A program made the translations under genes and the position numbers. DNA of 38,227 bases. Origin: Alphaproteobacteria bacterium UBA5343. Lineage in GTDB: Bacteria > Pseudomonadota > Alphaproteobacteria > RF32 > UBA5343. The stretch is from contig DHQH01000079.1 of the NCBI GenBank assembly GCA_002410125.1, positions 400 to 38,626 on the forward strand, in the 5' to 3' direction. Below, one piece after another: positions 37,449-38,227 of the stretch (the stretch's first letter is position 1; each line of letters starts with the position of its first letter). The notes below the pieces were generated by a model. That model saw only the letters and a program-made list of their open reading frames with translations. It was not told the DNA's origin and did no database searches.

Positions 37449-38075
37449 ATGTCACAGACCAATATTTTTAAAAGAGCCGCCGATTATTTTCACAATCTCT
37501 CAAGAAAAGTTTATGATTTAGCAATAGAGTTATCAGGCAAGCCAAAGGCAATGTATGTTTTATTTATAATCGCTTTTTTAGAAAGCTCATTCTTTCCAAT
37601 CCCTCCAGATATTTTTCTAATCCCGATGGTTTTAGCTACTCCTAAAAAGGCTTTCAAAATAGCTCTTATAGCAACCCTTGCAAGTGTCTTAGGAGGTTAT
37701 TTAGGGTATATAATAGGTTTTTATTTATATGATTTAGTGGCTCATCCAATTTTAGAATTCTATGACTATTTATCTCAATTTGAAACATTTAAAGATCATT
37801 ATAATAAATGGGGAGCATGGATTGTATTTGGAGCAGGTACAACGCCTTTCCCATATAAAGTAATAACCGTTGCATCAGGTGCGGTTAATATGGATTTATT
37901 AATTTTCGGAATAGCCTCTTTCTTATCACGAGGTCTAAGATTCTTTGCAATTTCAATATTACTTTGGAAGTTTGGAGCTCCTGTAAAGAAAATTATTGAA
38001 AAGCACTTTGGGTTATTAGCAACCTTATTCTTTATTTTGCTAGTTGCCAGTTTTATGCTACTCAAACTATTTTAG
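37449..38075 (+). CDS. yqaA: DedA/SNARE-associated family membrane protein (YqaA-like)
   Basis: 208 aa. FLESSFFPIPPDIFLIPMVLA motif, multiple TM helices. Confidence 0.72.
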   Translation: MSQTNIFKRAADYFHNLSRKVYDLAIELSGKPKAMYVLFIIAFLESSFFPIPPDIFLIPMVLATPKKAFKIALIATLASVLGGYLGYIIGFYLYDLVAHPILEFYDYLSQFETFKDHYNKWGAWIVFGAGTTPFPYKVITVASGAVNMDLLIFGIASFLSRGLRFFAISILLWKFGAPVKKIIEKHFGLLATLFFILLVASFMLLKLF

Positions 38076-38084
38076 TTAAACAAA

Positions 38085-38112
38085 AAGCCTCTGAAGTAAG
38101 AGGCTTTTTTAT
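38085..38112 (+). terminator. Intrinsic terminator after the yqaA-like gene (bidirectional shape)
   Basis: aagcctct-gaagta-agaggctt (8 bp perfect) followed by a T-run. An A-run upstream gives a minus-strand T-run as well. Confidence 0.8.
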
Positions 38113-38119
38113 TATAAAA

Positions 38120-38227
38120 GATTTTGTTTCTTGTGAAGTCTGAAGTATTTTGTGCGAATAGAAGTGAATTAATTTTCAAATGGGACTTCACATACATGAA
38201 GTATTTGAGCGATGTTTAAAGTTAAGC
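38120..38227. repeat. Dispersed intergenic element, copy 4 (runs off the window end)
   Basis: Core gtctgaagtattttgtgcgaatagaagt (38138-38165) matches 26/28 to 14-41. It is preceded by a partial duplicate gattttgtttcttgtgaagt. The downstream part aligns with 28011-28070. Confidence 0.7.

Overview
AT-rich window (roughly one-third G+C by eye, not computed). Gene content and order look alphaproteobacterial, probably a host-associated Holosporales/Rickettsiales-like lineage. That call rests on conserved synteny plus secreted Sel1-repeat proteins and is not proven. About 40 CDS, mostly housekeeping and mostly on the minus strand. Main blocks: gyrB-recF-dnaN; a YdcF/DUF218-like gene and an EamA transporter; dnaA; a ~800 bp non-coding spacer; rpsT; a crotonase; fpg; a nitronate-monooxygenase-like gene; pnp-rpsO-truB-rbfA-infB-ylxR-nusA-rimP; trmB-metK; XRE regulator-lnt-corC-ybeY-phoH-miaB. 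On the plus strand: a TerB-like gene plus an orphan, then yggT-yggU-folD-yqaA. I found no rRNA, tRNA, CRISPR, transposase, integrase, phage or recognisable defence genes. Several six-frame ORF starts are artefactual (pnp, miaB, phoH, ybeY, rpsO, ylxR, yggT, TerB-like) and I re-called them from ATG plus Shine-Dalgarno context. Observations worth follow-up: (1) a structured non-coding element present in four same-orientation copies, each visible one wedged between a minus-strand stop codon and a terminator hairpin; (2) the long rpsT-dnaA spacer, which has no DnaA boxes but carries a 24-nt-period polypyrimidine/polypurine repeat array with a perfect 25-nt duplicate, two TTAA-N7-TTAA boxes, a second terminator, and a 22-codon uORF with a very strong RBS 17 nt before dnaA; (3) a lineage-specific, decaying patch at 11.8-14.4 kb (truncated UbiB-like pseudokinase, a dUTPase-fold protein lacking catalytic motifs, an orphan, a Sel1 protein); (4) a self-contained TerB-like plus orphan two-gene operon. 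All functional interpretations beyond motif-level homology are inference and need database or experimental confirmation.
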